DNA of 64,000 nucleotides from Candidatus Micrarchaeota archaeon (GCA_027365175.1 DAHXNY010000001.1:51052-115051), one strand, 5' to 3'; shown: positions 52,863-63,716, counted from the stretch's first letter. A program made the numbers and translations. Notes: generated from the sequence alone by a model not told the origin.

Positions 52863-54767
52863 ATGGCTGACGAAACTTACGATGCTTCAAAGATAATTGT
52901 GCTTGAAGGAGCGCAGGGCATACGTAAGAGACCGTCGATGTATATAGGCTCAACAGGACCTTCCGGGATAATACACCTGCTGTACGAAGTTATGGATAAC
53001 GCGGTAGACGAATCCTCTGCAGGATACTGCAAAGACATAAAGATAAAACTGTACAAGCAGGACGGAGCAGACATAGCCGAGATATCTGACGACGGAAGGG
53101 GGATACCTGTAGGGATAATGGAAAAGTACGGAAAGAGCGCTCTCGAGGTCATAATGACAACACTGCACAAAGGGGCTAAATTCGAAAATGATGTTTACAA
53201 GGTATCTGGAGGACTCCATGGGGTGGGGCTTACCGTTGTAAACGCGTTGTCAGAATTCACAGAAGTCACGGTAAAAAGAAACGGTAACATATACAGGCAG
53301 ACCTTCAGCAGGGGGCTGCCAACATCAAAGCTCGAAGTTATAGGGGAGACCAAAGAGACAGGAACAACAGTAAAATTCAAGCCGGACCCGGAGATATTCA
53401 GCGTGAATACATTTGACATAGCGATGCTGAACGAAAGGTCCAGATACATCAGCTACACCAACGTCGGACTGCGTATCATAATAACGGATGAGCGCTTTGG
53501 GGACAAAGTGGAGGAGACCTATTATTCTGAAAACGGAATAATAGATTTTGTAGAGTATATAAACAGGGAAAGGTCTCCTATAACTTCTATAATATACGGC
53601 AAAACCACAGCAGATTCTACTACTGTAGAGTATGCGATGCAGTACACAGAATCATACGATGAAAAGATAGAATCCTTCGTAAACAGCATAAAAATGAATG
53701 AAGGAGGGACGCACCTTTCAGGCTTCCATGCAGCGTTGACAAGGGCAATAACGAATTATATAGACAAGAACAAGTCTCTCAACGCAAAGGCGAAGGTAAC
53801 CGGAGACGATGCAAAGGAAGGCCTTACTGCCATAGTCAGCATAAAGATGCAGAATCCGGAATTCGAGGGCCAGACCAAGGAAAAATTGGGAAACGTGAAG
53901 ATGAAGACCCTCGTAGAGACCTTTGCATACCAGAGCATTTCAAGGTATCTGGAGGAGCACCCTTCCGATGCCAAGTCAATAATAAGGAAGATAACTGAGG
54001 CAGCAAATGCGCGCGACGCTGCAAGGCGCGCACGCGAACTTGAGAGGAAGAAGAGCATATTCTCAAGCGCGGTTCTCCCTGGCAAGCTATCTGACTGCAT
54101 ACTCAGCGACCCTGAAAAGACCGAGCTCTTCATAGTAGAGGGAGAGAGCGCAGGAGGGTCGAGCAAGCAGGGAAGGGACAAGAACATACAGGCAATACTC
54201 CCATTAAGGGGAAAGATACTCAATGTAGAGAAGGCAAGCTACGAAAAGATATTCGATAACAAGGAGATAAAAACCATGATTACTGCCTTTGGCACAGGCA
54301 TAAACGAGACCTTCAATGCCGCAAACATACGCTACAAGAAGATAATAATAATGACCGATGCCGACGTTGACGGAAGCCACATAAGGACACTGCTGCTTAC
54401 GTTCTTTTACAGGTACATGCGCAAGATAATAGAACTCGGATACGTGTATGCTGCACAGCCCCCGCTCTATAGGATCGGGAAGGGCAAGGACGAATACTAC
54501 TGTTATAGCGATGAAGAGCTCAATGAGAAGCGCAAGGAGTACGGGGAGAACGTAGAGATACAGAGATACAAAGGACTCGGAGAGATGAACTACGAGCAGC
54601 TATGGGAAACAACCATGAACCCGAAGAACAGGAAGCTCAAGAAAATATCTATAGAAGACGGCCTTCATGCTGACGAACTCTTCACCATACTCATGGGCGC
54701 TGACGTAGCCAAGAGGAGGAGATATCTGCAGGAGCATGCAAAGGAGGTAAAAACACTTGACATATAG
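52863..54767 (+). CDS. gyrB: DNA gyrase subunit B
   Basis: GHKL ATPase motifs (LYEVMDNAVDE, GGLHGVG), Toprim motifs (EGESAGGS, IMTDADVDGSHI) and QRYKGLGEM. Confidence 0.95.
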   Translation: MADETYDASKIIVLEGAQGIRKRPSMYIGSTGPSGIIHLLYEVMDNAVDESSAGYCKDIKIKLYKQDGADIAEISDDGRGIPVGIMEKYGKSALEVIMTTLHKGAKFENDVYKVSGGLHGVGLTVVNALSEFTEVTVKRNGNIYRQTFSRGLPTSKLEVIGETKETGTTVKFKPDPEIFSVNTFDIAMLNERSRYISYTNVGLRIIITDERFGDKVEETYYSENGIIDFVEYINRERSPITSIIYGKTTADSTTVEYAMQYTESYDEKIESFVNSIKMNEGGTHLSGFHAALTRAITNYIDKNKSLNAKAKVTGDDAKEGLTAIVSIKMQNPEFEGQTKEKLGNVKMKTLVETFAYQSISRYLEEHPSDAKSIIRKITEAANARDAARRARELERKKSIFSSAVLPGKLSDCILSDPEKTELFIVEGESAGGSSKQGRDKNIQAILPLRGKILNVEKASYEKIFDNKEIKTMITAFGTGINETFNAANIRYKKIIIMTDADVDGSHIRTLLLTFFYRYMRKIIELGYVYAAQPPLYRIGKGKDEYYCYSDEELNEKRKEYGENVEIQRYKGLGEMNYEQLWETTMNPKNRKLKKISIEDGLHADELFTILMGADVAKRRRYLQEHAKEVKTLDI

Positions 54768-54774
54768 TGGGAGT

Positions 54775-57198
54775 ATGACCGAAGTACAAAACGTATTTTT
54801 AGAGGATGAGCTGCAAAGGAGCTACATAGACTACGCGATGAGCGTAATCATAGGCAGAGCCATCCCTGACGCCAGAGACGGACTCAAACCGGTGCAAAGA
54901 AGAATACTATACACAATGTACGGCCAGAAGAACTTCCACAACCTGCCTACAAAGAAGAGTGCCAGGATAACAGGAGACTGCATGGGTAGATATCACCCTC
55001 ACGGAGACATGGCGATATACGATGCTCTTGCAAGGATGACGCAGGACTTCTCCATGAGGTACATGCTAGCGGAAGGGCAGGGAAACTTCGGTTCTATAGA
55101 CGGGGATCCTCCGGCAGCAATGAGGTATACGGAGGTAAAGCTTACCAAGATCTCTGAGGATATGCTCGAGGACCTAGACAAAGAGACTGTGAACCTTGTC
55201 CCCAATTTCGACAACACTGAAAAGGAGCCTACAATACTGCCTTCAAAGATACCGAACCTGCTTGTCAACGGCGCAACCGGCATAGCAGTAGGCGTGGCAA
55301 CAAGCATTCCCCCTCACAACCTTGGGGAGGTATGCGAAGCTGTAATTTACCGCATAAAGAATAAGGAAAGCACACCGGAAGACATACTGAAGATAATAAA
55401 AGGCCCTGACTTCCCTACAGGTGGCATAGCTGTAATGTCAGCAAACGCGCTAAACGGATATAAGTACGGCAGAGGCCAGGTATCTGTAAAGGCAAAGGCG
55501 GAAATAGATGACGAACTCCACAAAATAATAATCACCGAAATACCTTACAACCTCAACAAATCCTCCTTGATAGAGGGAATAGTAAACATAGTGAAGGACA
55601 AAAAAACCGAAGACATAAAGGACATAAGGGACGAGACCGACAAGAGCGGCATACGTATTGTCATAGACCTGAAAAACGGTGCGTCAGGGGAATCGGTACT
55701 CAACACCCTCTACAGGCACACCCAGCTGCAGACAACAATGCCGATAATAAATCTTGCAGTGATAGATACTGCCCTCAAGAACCTGAACATAGTCGACATG
55801 CTCGACGCGTTCATCAACCACCGCAGGGAAGTAATACTTAGAAGATCAAAGTACGAGCGCGAAGTCGCTGCAAACAGGCTGCACATAGTGGAGGGCCTGC
55901 TAATAGCAATAACCAACATAGACGACGTAATTAAGCTGATAAAAAGCAGCGACGAAGTCTCCGGAGCAAGGAAGAAGCTCGTAAAGGATTACGCCCTGTC
56001 AGAGAAGCAGGCAACTGCGATACTTGACATGAAACTCAGCAGGCTTACCCATCTTGAAAACAACTCGCTGGACAGGGAGAAGACCGAACTGCAGGGCAAG
56101 GTCAAATACTACAACGAAGTAATAGATAGCAGCGAAAAAATAGACGGGATAATAATACAAGAAACCGAGAAGGCGATAAAGGACTATGCAGACAAAAGAA
56201 GGACTGAGATAGTATACTCGGACGAGTCCGCGGACATAACTGAGGAAGACATGATCACAGACGAAGAGATAACGGTGATAAGGACAAAGACAGGATATGT
56301 CAAGAGGCTGAACAAGGAGAACTACAGGGAGCAGGCGAGGGGAGGAAAGGGGATCATATCGATAAACCTGAAAGAGGGAGACTATGTCAACCAGATACTC
56401 CGCTGCAATAATAAGGACTTCATACTCTGCATAACAAGCACCGGAAGGGCATACTGGCTAAAAGCATACAAAATACCCGAAACAGGAAGATATTCAGAAG
56501 GCAAATCGATAGTAAATCTGATACACGCAGAAGAAGAGAAGATAGTCTCAATGATACCTATACGCAATTTCGAAGCATCGACAATGGCGTTCATAACTGC
56601 AAGAGGCACTGCGAAGAGGATGAGCGCAAGGCTGTTTGCACGGCCAAGATCCAACGGAGTGCGTGCTATAAAACTGGCAGCGGGAGACGAGATTGTAGAC
56701 GCGATATGCTACTCTGCCAAGAAATACCTGTTAATCTCCACAAAGAAAGGCAAAATAATCAAGTTCGAAGAGCAGAGCATGAGGACAATAGGAAGGACAG
56801 GTATGGGGGTCAGAGGAATAAAGCTCAGGCAGGACGACAGAGTAACGAATATAATAGCCGCAAGTGAGTTCGGAAGCGTCTTCACAGTCACTGAGAAGGG
56901 ATACGGCAAGATCACCGAGATAACCAGGTACAGGACGCAGAACAGGGGAGGAAAGGGGATCATAAACCTGAAGGTTTCAGAAAAGACCGGGGATGTATCA
57001 AAGACACTATACATGTCACACGAGCAGCAGGCGATACTGATAAATTCAAAGGGAGTGAGCATAACGATACCCACTTCATCTATCAGGGTAACCGGAAGGG
57101 CAGCGTCAGGGGTCAGGCTGATGAAGGTTGAACAAGGGACAAAGATAATAGACTGCATCATACTTAACGAGGAGCAGCAAAAACCCGCAGAGGTTTAA
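54775..57198 (+). CDS. gyrA: DNA gyrase subunit A
   Basis: Motifs [19 protein letters not shown] and AAMRYTE (catalytic Tyr), plus a C-terminal beta-pinwheel repeat region. ATG 54775 is preferred. The ORF track start is TTG 54757. Confidence 0.95.
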   Translation: MTEVQNVFLEDELQRSYIDYAMSVIIGRAIPDARDGLKPVQRRILYTMYGQKNFHNLPTKKSARITGDCMGRYHPHGDMAIYDALARMTQDFSMRYMLAEGQGNFGSIDGDPPAAMRYTEVKLTKISEDMLEDLDKETVNLVPNFDNTEKEPTILPSKIPNLLVNGATGIAVGVATSIPPHNLGEVCEAVIYRIKNKESTPEDILKIIKGPDFPTGGIAVMSANALNGYKYGRGQVSVKAKAEIDDELHKIIITEIPYNLNKSSLIEGIVNIVKDKKTEDIKDIRDETDKSGIRIVIDLKNGASGESVLNTLYRHTQLQTTMPIINLAVIDTALKNLNIVDMLDAFINHRREVILRRSKYEREVAANRLHIVEGLLIAITNIDDVIKLIKSSDEVSGARKKLVKDYALSEKQATAILDMKLSRLTHLENNSLDREKTELQGKVKYYNEVIDSSEKIDGIIIQETEKAIKDYADKRRTEIVYSDESADITEEDMITDEEITVIRTKTGYVKRLNKENYREQARGGKGIISINLKEGDYVNQILRCNNKDFILCITSTGRAYWLKAYKIPETGRYSEGKSIVNLIHAEEEKIVSMIPIRNFEASTMAFITARGTAKRMSARLFARPRSNGVRAIKLAAGDEIVDAICYSAKKYLLISTKKGKIIKFEEQSMRTIGRTGMGVRGIKLRQDDRVTNIIAASEFGSVFTVTEKGYGKITEITRYRTQNRGGKGIINLKVSEKTGDVSKTLYMSHEQQAILINSKGVSITIPTSSIRVTGRAASGVRLMKVEQGTKIIDCIILNEEQQKPAEV

Positions 57199-59945
57199 CC
57201 GTTCCAAAACTTCCTGTTCTTTATGAATTTCTTCTGTTCCTCAAGTACGTCGACAAAGAACTCCTTGTAATCCCTCCTGAGCATCCGCAGCACTCTTGCA
57301 GCAGTATCAACTCCTATTCCATATACCGACAACGCGATTACCGCACGGTTCCCGTACTCCGTTATCAATCCTGCCTCTTTTACAATGCTCGTGTATATCT
57401 TTGCGTCTCCCCTGTTTAACGCCTTGCCCCCGATACGCTTGTTTATCACTGCAGCCTTCTCATCCTCATATATCACCACCATCGGGCTTCCGCACTTCCT
57501 GCACTTTATGCTCTTGTCACTGTCAAAATCCATCTTCTCTTCAAACGCGTAGCTGCAGAAACTGCAGAGCATGAGCAGGCTCTCCTTAGAGAGCTTCTCC
57601 TTAAGCCTCTCCACCGCATCCTCCTTGCCAAATTCAGGAGAAAGAAGTTCGGAATAACTATATGCAGACTGTATTATCTCCCTGGTAAGCGGCGAACCTG
57701 TTGAATACCGGAGCTCAATTTTTATTTCGCCTGCCTTCAGTCCACGCGCAAATTCCCTGACTGATTCTATGTCAAAATAATTTTTTCCGAGCTCTCTTGC
57801 CACCTCCTCCATCACAACCGAACCGTCATAGAAATTCATCACTCTGTCTATGGCCCCTCTCCCGGTCTTCGCCCCCTTGTCTATTATCCCGAAAAGAGTG
57901 GCGATCTTGACAAACCTGTACCTGAAAAGGTCAGAGCCGCGTATAACATCAAGAGAGTCAAGCCTTTCCATATGCGCTATCTCCAGTATTGCCTTTTTGA
58001 CATCCGGTTTCCTGAAATTAAGGCCAAATTCCAGCACAATTGCATAAGGTGTCGCCTTCGCAGTAACGCGCCCCCCCGAAGAGTAGGAACAGACATACGA
58101 GAGAAGACGCGCGAGCAGCTCGTTGCCAAGTTTTCCCAGAGCAACATACACAATCGCATAATCTTCCAATTCCTCAACTATGATCCTAGTACTGCTGGGG
58201 ACAAAGAAGGAGCGCTGCTTCTCTATGAATGTTTCAGCTCTGATCATTGCATGAGGATCGAAGAAAACAGATCTCTTGCCAAGCCCATTTTCAATAAATG
58301 CGTATGCCTTTTCCGCAGTCTCTTTAGAGACAGGTATGTCCTCTCCTTCCCAATCGGGAATAGTCGCCTCCACCCTCTCCCCAGGCTCAACAAATATCGT
58401 ACCTTCATCAATGCTTACCACTCTCCACGGCATGCCCTTGCTTATGAAGTATGACCCCTCATCTATGTTGGAATAGACAAATTTCTCGTCAAGATAGGAT
58501 ATGATCCGGTTGGTCACAGCATTTTTTACAGGGAAACGCGACACCTCAGGTATGACGCTTATATTCTTATAGAAATACTTTCTTGACCTCCTGCCTATCG
58601 ATATCTTGCCGTCTCTAACATTGATTATGCCTATGCTCTCAGCAAAAGAGACTATCTGCTGGAACTTTTCCATCTTGAGCTTTCTGAAGTTCGCCGATCC
58701 GCTTATTATCCCGAACGCAGTTGCATATTCTATCTCACCGTATTCAAGTGCCATGCCACCCAGTTGGTTGACCAAAACATCATACGGGCTCTCCTCTATG
58801 CCGCTCCTCTCAAAACTGCCTGCCAAGGCATTGTCCAGGATGGCTGCGGCTTCAAGTGCCTCAAGGTTTTCCGAGACTATTATACTTCCTTTAGATACCT
58901 TGCCAACGCTGTGCCCTCCTCTACCTATGCGCTGTATCAAGCGAGTGGCTCTTCTAGGAGAGCCGTACTGTATGACAAAGTCAACCTTTCCTATATCAAT
59001 TCCAAGCTCAAGCGAACTGGTCGCTACTATCGCTTTGAACCTTCCCTCCTTGAATCCAGATTCAGTCGCAATCCTCTCCTCCTTCTCTATGGAGCCGTGG
59101 TGAACGCTCAAAGGGCCGAATCCCGTCTTCTTGTCAAGATAGAGGAGCTTCCTCCCAAGCGCCTCAACTGCCTGCCTGGTATTAGCAAACACTATCGTGG
59201 CGTCGGATTCCTTTATCAAAGATGCAATGCGGTATATCCTTGCTGCAGCAGCTTCATCTATGCTGAAGAACTCCTTTATCTCTTCAGAGTCTTTCGCTCT
59301 TTCAGGCATCTCTATCTTTATGTCAAACGTCTTTTCAGTATCAGATCCTATGACAACATACTTCCTTTCAGAAAAGATAAACCTGCACGCCTCGTCAACA
59401 TTGCCTATTGTAGCGCTTATCCCTATCCTCTGGAATCCTGGTGCAAGCGCCTCCAGCCTCTCCAGGGCCACGGAGAGCTGCGCCCCTCTCTTATTGTAGT
59501 ATAATTCATGCAGCTCATCAACCACAACAACCTTTACATTCTTCAGAGAATCCCTAAGCCTTTTAGAGAGGAAGAGGTTCTGCAGGGTTTCCGGAGTAGT
59601 TACAAGTATTCTCGGTGGCTCTTCAGCCTGCTCCCTCCTCTCTTTCAAAGAGGTATCTCCGTGCCTTACTGCCATCGTCACTCCGGATGCTGTGGATAGA
59701 GAGGTGAGCCTTTTCAGCAGATCCCTATTAAGCGATTTAAGAGGCGTTATATACAAAGCAAATATCCCGTTCTCATGTGCCTGCGCCATCTTTAGCATCG
59801 GAAGGAAGACTGCCTCTGTCTTCCCGCTTCCAGTAGGCGCAGCTATGATGCAGTTCCTTTTTCCTTCTATTTCCTTGAAAGACCTTTCCTGGATCTGGGT
59901 AAACGTCCCATACTTATCCAGAAAAAGTGAGAATGGATCCATCAT
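57195..59945 (-). CDS. lhr: Lhr-type large ATP-dependent helicase (DEAD/DEAH box, SF2)
   Basis: Motif I APTGSGKTEA, motif II VVVDELHE, SAT, and a helicase C region (QRIGRGGH). A C-terminal extension carries CSFC..CRKCG Zn-ribbon-like cysteines. Confidence 0.85.
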   Translation of the reverse strand: MMDPFSLFLDKYGTFTQIQERSFKEIEGKRNCIIAAPTGSGKTEAVFLPMLKMAQAHENGIFALYITPLKSLNRDLLKRLTSLSTASGVTMAVRHGDTSLKERREQAEEPPRILVTTPETLQNLFLSKRLRDSLKNVKVVVVDELHELYYNKRGAQLSVALERLEALAPGFQRIGISATIGNVDEACRFIFSERKYVVIGSDTEKTFDIKIEMPERAKDSEEIKEFFSIDEAAAARIYRIASLIKESDATIVFANTRQAVEALGRKLLYLDKKTGFGPLSVHHGSIEKEERIATESGFKEGRFKAIVATSSLELGIDIGKVDFVIQYGSPRRATRLIQRIGRGGHSVGKVSKGSIIVSENLEALEAAAILDNALAGSFERSGIEESPYDVLVNQLGGMALEYGEIEYATAFGIISGSANFRKLKMEKFQQIVSFAESIGIINVRDGKISIGRRSRKYFYKNISVIPEVSRFPVKNAVTNRIISYLDEKFVYSNIDEGSYFISKGMPWRVVSIDEGTIFVEPGERVEATIPDWEGEDIPVSKETAEKAYAFIENGLGKRSVFFDPHAMIRAETFIEKQRSFFVPSSTRIIVEELEDYAIVYVALGKLGNELLARLLSYVCSYSSGGRVTAKATPYAIVLEFGLNFRKPDVKKAILEIAHMERLDSLDVIRGSDLFRYRFVKIATLFGIIDKGAKTGRGAIDRVMNFYDGSVVMEEVARELGKNYFDIESVREFARGLKAGEIKIELRYSTGSPLTREIIQSAYSYSELLSPEFGKEDAVERLKEKLSKESLLMLCSFCSYAFEEKMDFDSDKSIKCRKCGSPMVVIYEDEKAAVINKRIGGKALNRGDAKIYTSIVKEAGLITEYGNRAVIALSVYGIGVDTAARVLRMLRRDYKEFFVDVLEEQKKFIKNRKFWNG

Positions 59946-59949
59946 AAGA

Positions 59950-61587
59950 TTAGACTACATATGCGCTTCCGTTAGCCTGGAGCCTTGTCCTGTTAAGGGT
60001 ATAATTGAGCGTAAGGCCCAGGTACAGGTTGAACGGCACTCCGTATATCTTTGTGCCGTTGTAATAGGCGCATCCTATGCTGAGGTTTGCAGCCTGCTTG
60101 GCCTCCAACGTATAGTTTACTCTTGTGAAGAGCAGCGAGGGAGCTTCCGCAAAGCAGCTCCCGGCAGTCAAGGCGACTGTATTATTGTAATTGTTTATCA
60201 CACGGAAGTGCAATGTGCTGTTTGAAAATGCTACGTCTGTGCAGTTGAACCCTTCTACAAAACCACACACACTCTGTATTCCGGGCAGGAAGACAAGGGA
60301 CTTGGCGCTGCTATTGTAAAACGAAGCATGTATCAGCTCTATGGCCTCAGGTACCGTTTCCAATAACCTGGAGGTGCTTGAAAGCGAGTAGTCGGTATAG
60401 TTGATTCCTCCAACATACGCGCGTGTAGAAATAAGGGAGTAATTACCTATCTTGCCAGAGGCCTGAAGATCATATGATGAACAGTAAGATATGCCAGATA
60501 TATTGTAAATTGCACCATAGCATACTAGCAACGGACTGGTAAGGTTTGTAGATATCTGTATGTAATGTACGCTATTGTTCATCTCCAGAAGCTCTCCATG
60601 GCTGAAAACATTGCCGACAAAACCCGAATAGTTGCCTATCACAGTAGCATTAGATGCGAGAGAGTCGTTCCTGAACTTCATATTCTGCATCACTGGTGTG
60701 TAATATGACGCAGGAGGGTGCTCCAATACGCGCGTGCAGTTTTCAGTACCGTTTGTACCTATAATTTTTATCCATCCACCGCTATACCAGCTGCACATTG
60801 TTGATATGTTGCTGAGCTTTACGAAGGTAATCTGCGTTCCATTGTAAGTGAAGTTATGGTGTGCAAGACCTTTGTACCCTGCAGCATATACAAAAGCCGA
60901 AGGTTCAAGATAGCCCTTTAGCCATATGGAAGAGATCGCGTTATTTCCTGAATATTCTCCGTTAGAGTACGCCATCTCGTTTATGTAAGCACCTGCAATG
61001 CTTGTAATCGGATACAGGAAGGTATTCAAAGCGCTGATATTGGAGAAAACCATCGGTGAGGAAGAGAAGTTTGTGTAGAAGAAGGAATCTGTAACAACTC
61101 CTGAGCTTTTCAGATTCACATAAGACCCTGAAACAAGCCCATTTCTTGCCATGTATGAATAAGGGGCAGAAGACTCGCTGTTGCTTACTACGAAGCTTGC
61201 ATTCGACTGTGCCTGCGCCCTGTCAGATATGCTGATGACTCTTCCAGGGTCTGCAACCACAGAGACGTTGTATGTGCCTGCCTTTGCTGGAGTGTAATTG
61301 AAAGGTATGACGGCAGCCTTTCCCACAGGTATGTCAAGTTTGTATGTGTTCTTCAGGCTTCCGTTCATGTAAAGCCCGAAATCAAGATTTGATATAGAAG
61401 AACTGCCTGTATTCGTAACGACTATAGGTATTGCCACATTCTGGTAAGGGTAAATATTCTTATTGAGCATGGTCTTGTTGAAAGATACCGTTAACTGATA
61501 GGACGCAGTGTAATAGAACCTGTAGTACAGTGCAGCTCCTGCAATTATCACGAAAATCGCAATCCATATGTATATCTCGTTCTTCAT
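59950..61587 (-). CDS. membrane-anchored, sequon-dense surface glycoprotein candidate (N-terminal CARDB-like domain)
   Basis: N-terminal TM anchor and a CARDB-like segment (VAIPIVVTNTGSSSISNLDF..YNVSVVADPG). By eye there are about 30 N-x-S/T sequons in 545 aa. Confidence 0.7.
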   Translation of the reverse strand: MKNEIYIWIAIFVIIAGAALYYRFYYTASYQLTVSFNKTMLNKNIYPYQNVAIPIVVTNTGSSSISNLDFGLYMNGSLKNTYKLDIPVGKAAVIPFNYTPAKAGTYNVSVVADPGRVISISDRAQAQSNASFVVSNSESSAPYSYMARNGLVSGSYVNLKSSGVVTDSFFYTNFSSSPMVFSNISALNTFLYPITSIAGAYINEMAYSNGEYSGNNAISSIWLKGYLEPSAFVYAAGYKGLAHHNFTYNGTQITFVKLSNISTMCSWYSGGWIKIIGTNGTENCTRVLEHPPASYYTPVMQNMKFRNDSLASNATVIGNYSGFVGNVFSHGELLEMNNSVHYIQISTNLTSPLLVCYGAIYNISGISYCSSYDLQASGKIGNYSLISTRAYVGGINYTDYSLSSTSRLLETVPEAIELIHASFYNSSAKSLVFLPGIQSVCGFVEGFNCTDVAFSNSTLHFRVINNYNNTVALTAGSCFAEAPSLLFTRVNYTLEAKQAANLSIGCAYYNGTKIYGVPFNLYLGLTLNYTLNRTRLQANGSAYVV

Positions 61588-61602
61588 AGAAAAAGCACCA
61601 CT

Positions 61603-62085
61603 TCAATTCTTGCTGCTTATCTCCTTTAACACTTCTTTTATGTTGCTGAATACATCTTTATAATAACTCTCAAAAATATTGAAGTTCCAAGGTTCATGGG
61701 CCATTCCCGGCGCCGAAGCGCTTCTCTTAAAGTAAAAGCGTCCATCAGAATTGTCCACAAGCCCCATCTTCTTCATGCGGAGCAGGTGGTATCTGAGTGT
61801 CTTCTCGTTCATCGGCTCCCACTTGCTGCTTATGTAATCAAGAAGCTCGGGCACTTTCGGATCATGTTTCTTGTTAAACTGGAAGTTGAGCATTGCGTCA
61901 AGTACGGCTAAGGCTGAGAGTCTGGACTCTCCAGGGTTTATTATGCCCAAAGAGAGGGCAAGCCATCTGAGCGCAGAGCGTTTCGTCTCAAGCACCTCCT
62001 TGGTCAGCCTCATCTTCCTGAGTGTAAGCTCCCCTTCTATAAGACTGCTTTCATTAAGTTCCAAAGAATCTCCTGCTACAAACAA
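61603..62085 (-). CDS. hypothetical protein with probable winged-helix DNA-binding domain
   Basis: The C-terminal pattern EKTLRYHLLRMKKMGLVDNSDGRFYF resembles a wHTH recognition helix plus wing. It lies 15 nt upstream of the glycoprotein gene. Confidence 0.55.
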   Translation of the reverse strand: MFVAGDSLELNESSLIEGELTLRKMRLTKEVLETKRSALRWLALSLGIINPGESRLSALAVLDAMLNFQFNKKHDPKVPELLDYISSKWEPMNEKTLRYHLLRMKKMGLVDNSDGRFYFKRSASAPGMAHEPWNFNIFESYYKDVFSNIKEVLKEISSKN

Positions 62086-62156
62086 TAAGGATTATAGATA
62101 ATATCTTATATAATTTTGCTACGATTCAATATTACTCATTTTAACAGGGTGAAAAC

Positions 62157-62507
62157 ATGGAACCACAAAGCAACCAGCAAAAAGAGATAGAGAAGCTTGC
62201 AAAGGACTACCAGGTCGCACAGGAGCAGCTTCGACTAGTCACGCTGCAGCTAGAGCAGCTCAGGGCCCAGAAGGCAGAGCTTGACGGTGCAAAGGAGCAG
62301 CTAGAGAAGGCTACGGGCAAGACCTACTCCACTATAGGGGGGATAATGGTAGAGACTGACAAGACAAAGGCACTGGAAGACGTAAAGGACAGGGCAGAAC
62401 TCACCCAGGCAAGGCTGCAGTCGATAAACAAGCAGTATACCGAGCTGAGAGCAAAGGAGAAGGATCTGAACGCCAAGATAGCTGACATATACAAGGGCAG
62501 CCAGTAA
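62157..62507 (+). CDS. pfdB: prefoldin beta subunit
   Basis: 116 aa. Two coiled-coil segments flank a beta-hairpin core (KTYSTIGGIMVETDK). SD GGGTGA lies 4 nt upstream of the ATG. Confidence 0.75.
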   Translation: MEPQSNQQKEIEKLAKDYQVAQEQLRLVTLQLEQLRAQKAELDGAKEQLEKATGKTYSTIGGIMVETDKTKALEDVKDRAELTQARLQSINKQYTELRAKEKDLNAKIADIYKGSQ

Positions 62508-62526
62508 TTCTTACACGGGTGAGCCG

Positions 62527-63036
62527 CTGAAATACTACGATATTGTCAATACAGAAGCAAGCGAACAGCTCTCAAAAAGGCTTGGGTTCACCAAACTGCT
62601 CGTATGCGGACATGAGGTGGACATTAAGGCAGCAGCGCAGTCCTACCCAAAAAAAACAATAGCAACCGGGACGAACGAAGGCCTTCTTGCGAAATCACTG
62701 AAGGACAGAAATACCATAGGTGTACTGCCCACAAGCATGCCTTCAAAGAAGCTGATAGCGATGCTTTCGGAACACGACAAAACCCTATTCGTAAATGTAA
62801 ACACCGTAATCACTGCAGATCCGAAGCAGCAGCAGAAGCTGATATACCTGTATCGAAAAACAATGCACTACTGCAAGCAATTCAGGGTTAACGTCTGCCC
62901 TGTGACATTGGCGGGATCCGAGCATGAGCTTCTTTCAGCAAAACAGCTCATTGTACTGATAAAATTTCTCGGCTTCACCGGTGACGAGAAAAAAGCTCTA
63001 AGCACGCTGGGTTTTCTACATGGCAAAACGAATTAA
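62527..63036 (+). CDS. rnp3: RNase P protein component 3 (Rpp30), apparent CTG start
   Basis: The ORF track starts at GTG 62617. The same frame upstream reads KYYDIVNTEASEQLSKRLGFTKLLVCGHE, an Rpp30-like N-terminus (compare MKFFDMHV types). It contains no ATG/GTG/TTG back to TAG 62479. CTG 62527 sits behind GGGTGA-N4. The C-terminal part matches the Rpp30 pattern (KQFRVNVCPVTLAGSEHELLSAKQL). Confidence 0.7.
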   Translation: MKYYDIVNTEASEQLSKRLGFTKLLVCGHEVDIKAAAQSYPKKTIATGTNEGLLAKSLKDRNTIGVLPTSMPSKKLIAMLSEHDKTLFVNVNTVITADPKQQQKLIYLYRKTMHYCKQFRVNVCPVTLAGSEHELLSAKQLIVLIKFLGFTGDEKKALSTLGFLHGKTN

Positions 63037-63334
63037 GAACAGATACATACTGGCAGAGACCTCTTCGGCTCTTGATTTCAATGACCTTGCTACTCAACGA
63101 TCCCTTGAAGCGGGCATCATGCAAATCCTAGGGACGATGGGTTATTCCTATTCAAATCCGAAGATAATGCTTGCAGCAGGCAGGCAGTTCATTCTAAGGA
63201 TACAGCGAAGCTCCGAAGACAGCATAATCCTTGCCCTGTCATTCATAAAAAATGTAAACGGAAAAGCGACAGGGATATACACTACCAAAACTTCAGGAAC
63301 TATCAAGTCCCTAAAAGAAGCACTAATCAAATAG
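63020..63334 (+). CDS. rnp2: RNase P protein component 2 (Pop5)
   Basis: Motifs RYILAE and a GTIKSLKE ending. Size and position directly after Rpp30 also fit. Confidence 0.75.
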   Translation: MAKRIKNRYILAETSSALDFNDLATQRSLEAGIMQILGTMGYSYSNPKIMLAAGRQFILRIQRSSEDSIILALSFIKNVNGKATGIYTTKTSGTIKSLKEALIK

Positions 63335-63712
63335 CTTTCTCCTAGCGTCGCGCATATCTATGTCGTTAAACAACCTGCGTGCATTCTCATTGTTTAATGT
63401 TCCTCCTACAAAAACCTCTCTCACATCCCCATTTGCATACTTATGCTGCCTATATGCTGACAACCCATAAGCGCAGGCCGTATTCTGTTTCAATAAAGAA
63501 CCATCTTTATCATGCCCTTCTTTCGTAACTCTTATTATCAAATCCCCACCTGAGTCAGGGACAGTGGCGCGATATGCCGTCAAAAACGTAAAACCATTAT
63601 CCATGCTCCACGAAGTTACTGGCACCTTCCTGGCCAGATTTACCACCTGCTGTTCATCCAACATACTTTTCATTGCATTTGCCATACTCTCACCTGCCAA
63701 ATAACCGCACAT
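63323..63712 (-). CDS. hypothetical protein (129 aa)
   Basis: ORF only, with no family recognised. It overlaps the pop5 end convergently by 12 nt. Confidence 0.45.
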   Translation of the reverse strand: MCGYLAGESMANAMKSMLDEQQVVNLARKVPVTSWSMDNGFTFLTAYRATVPDSGGDLIIRVTKEGHDKDGSLLKQNTACAYGLSAYRQHKYANGDVREVFVGGTLNNENARRLFNDIDMRDARRKLFD

Positions 63713-63716
63713 TCTG

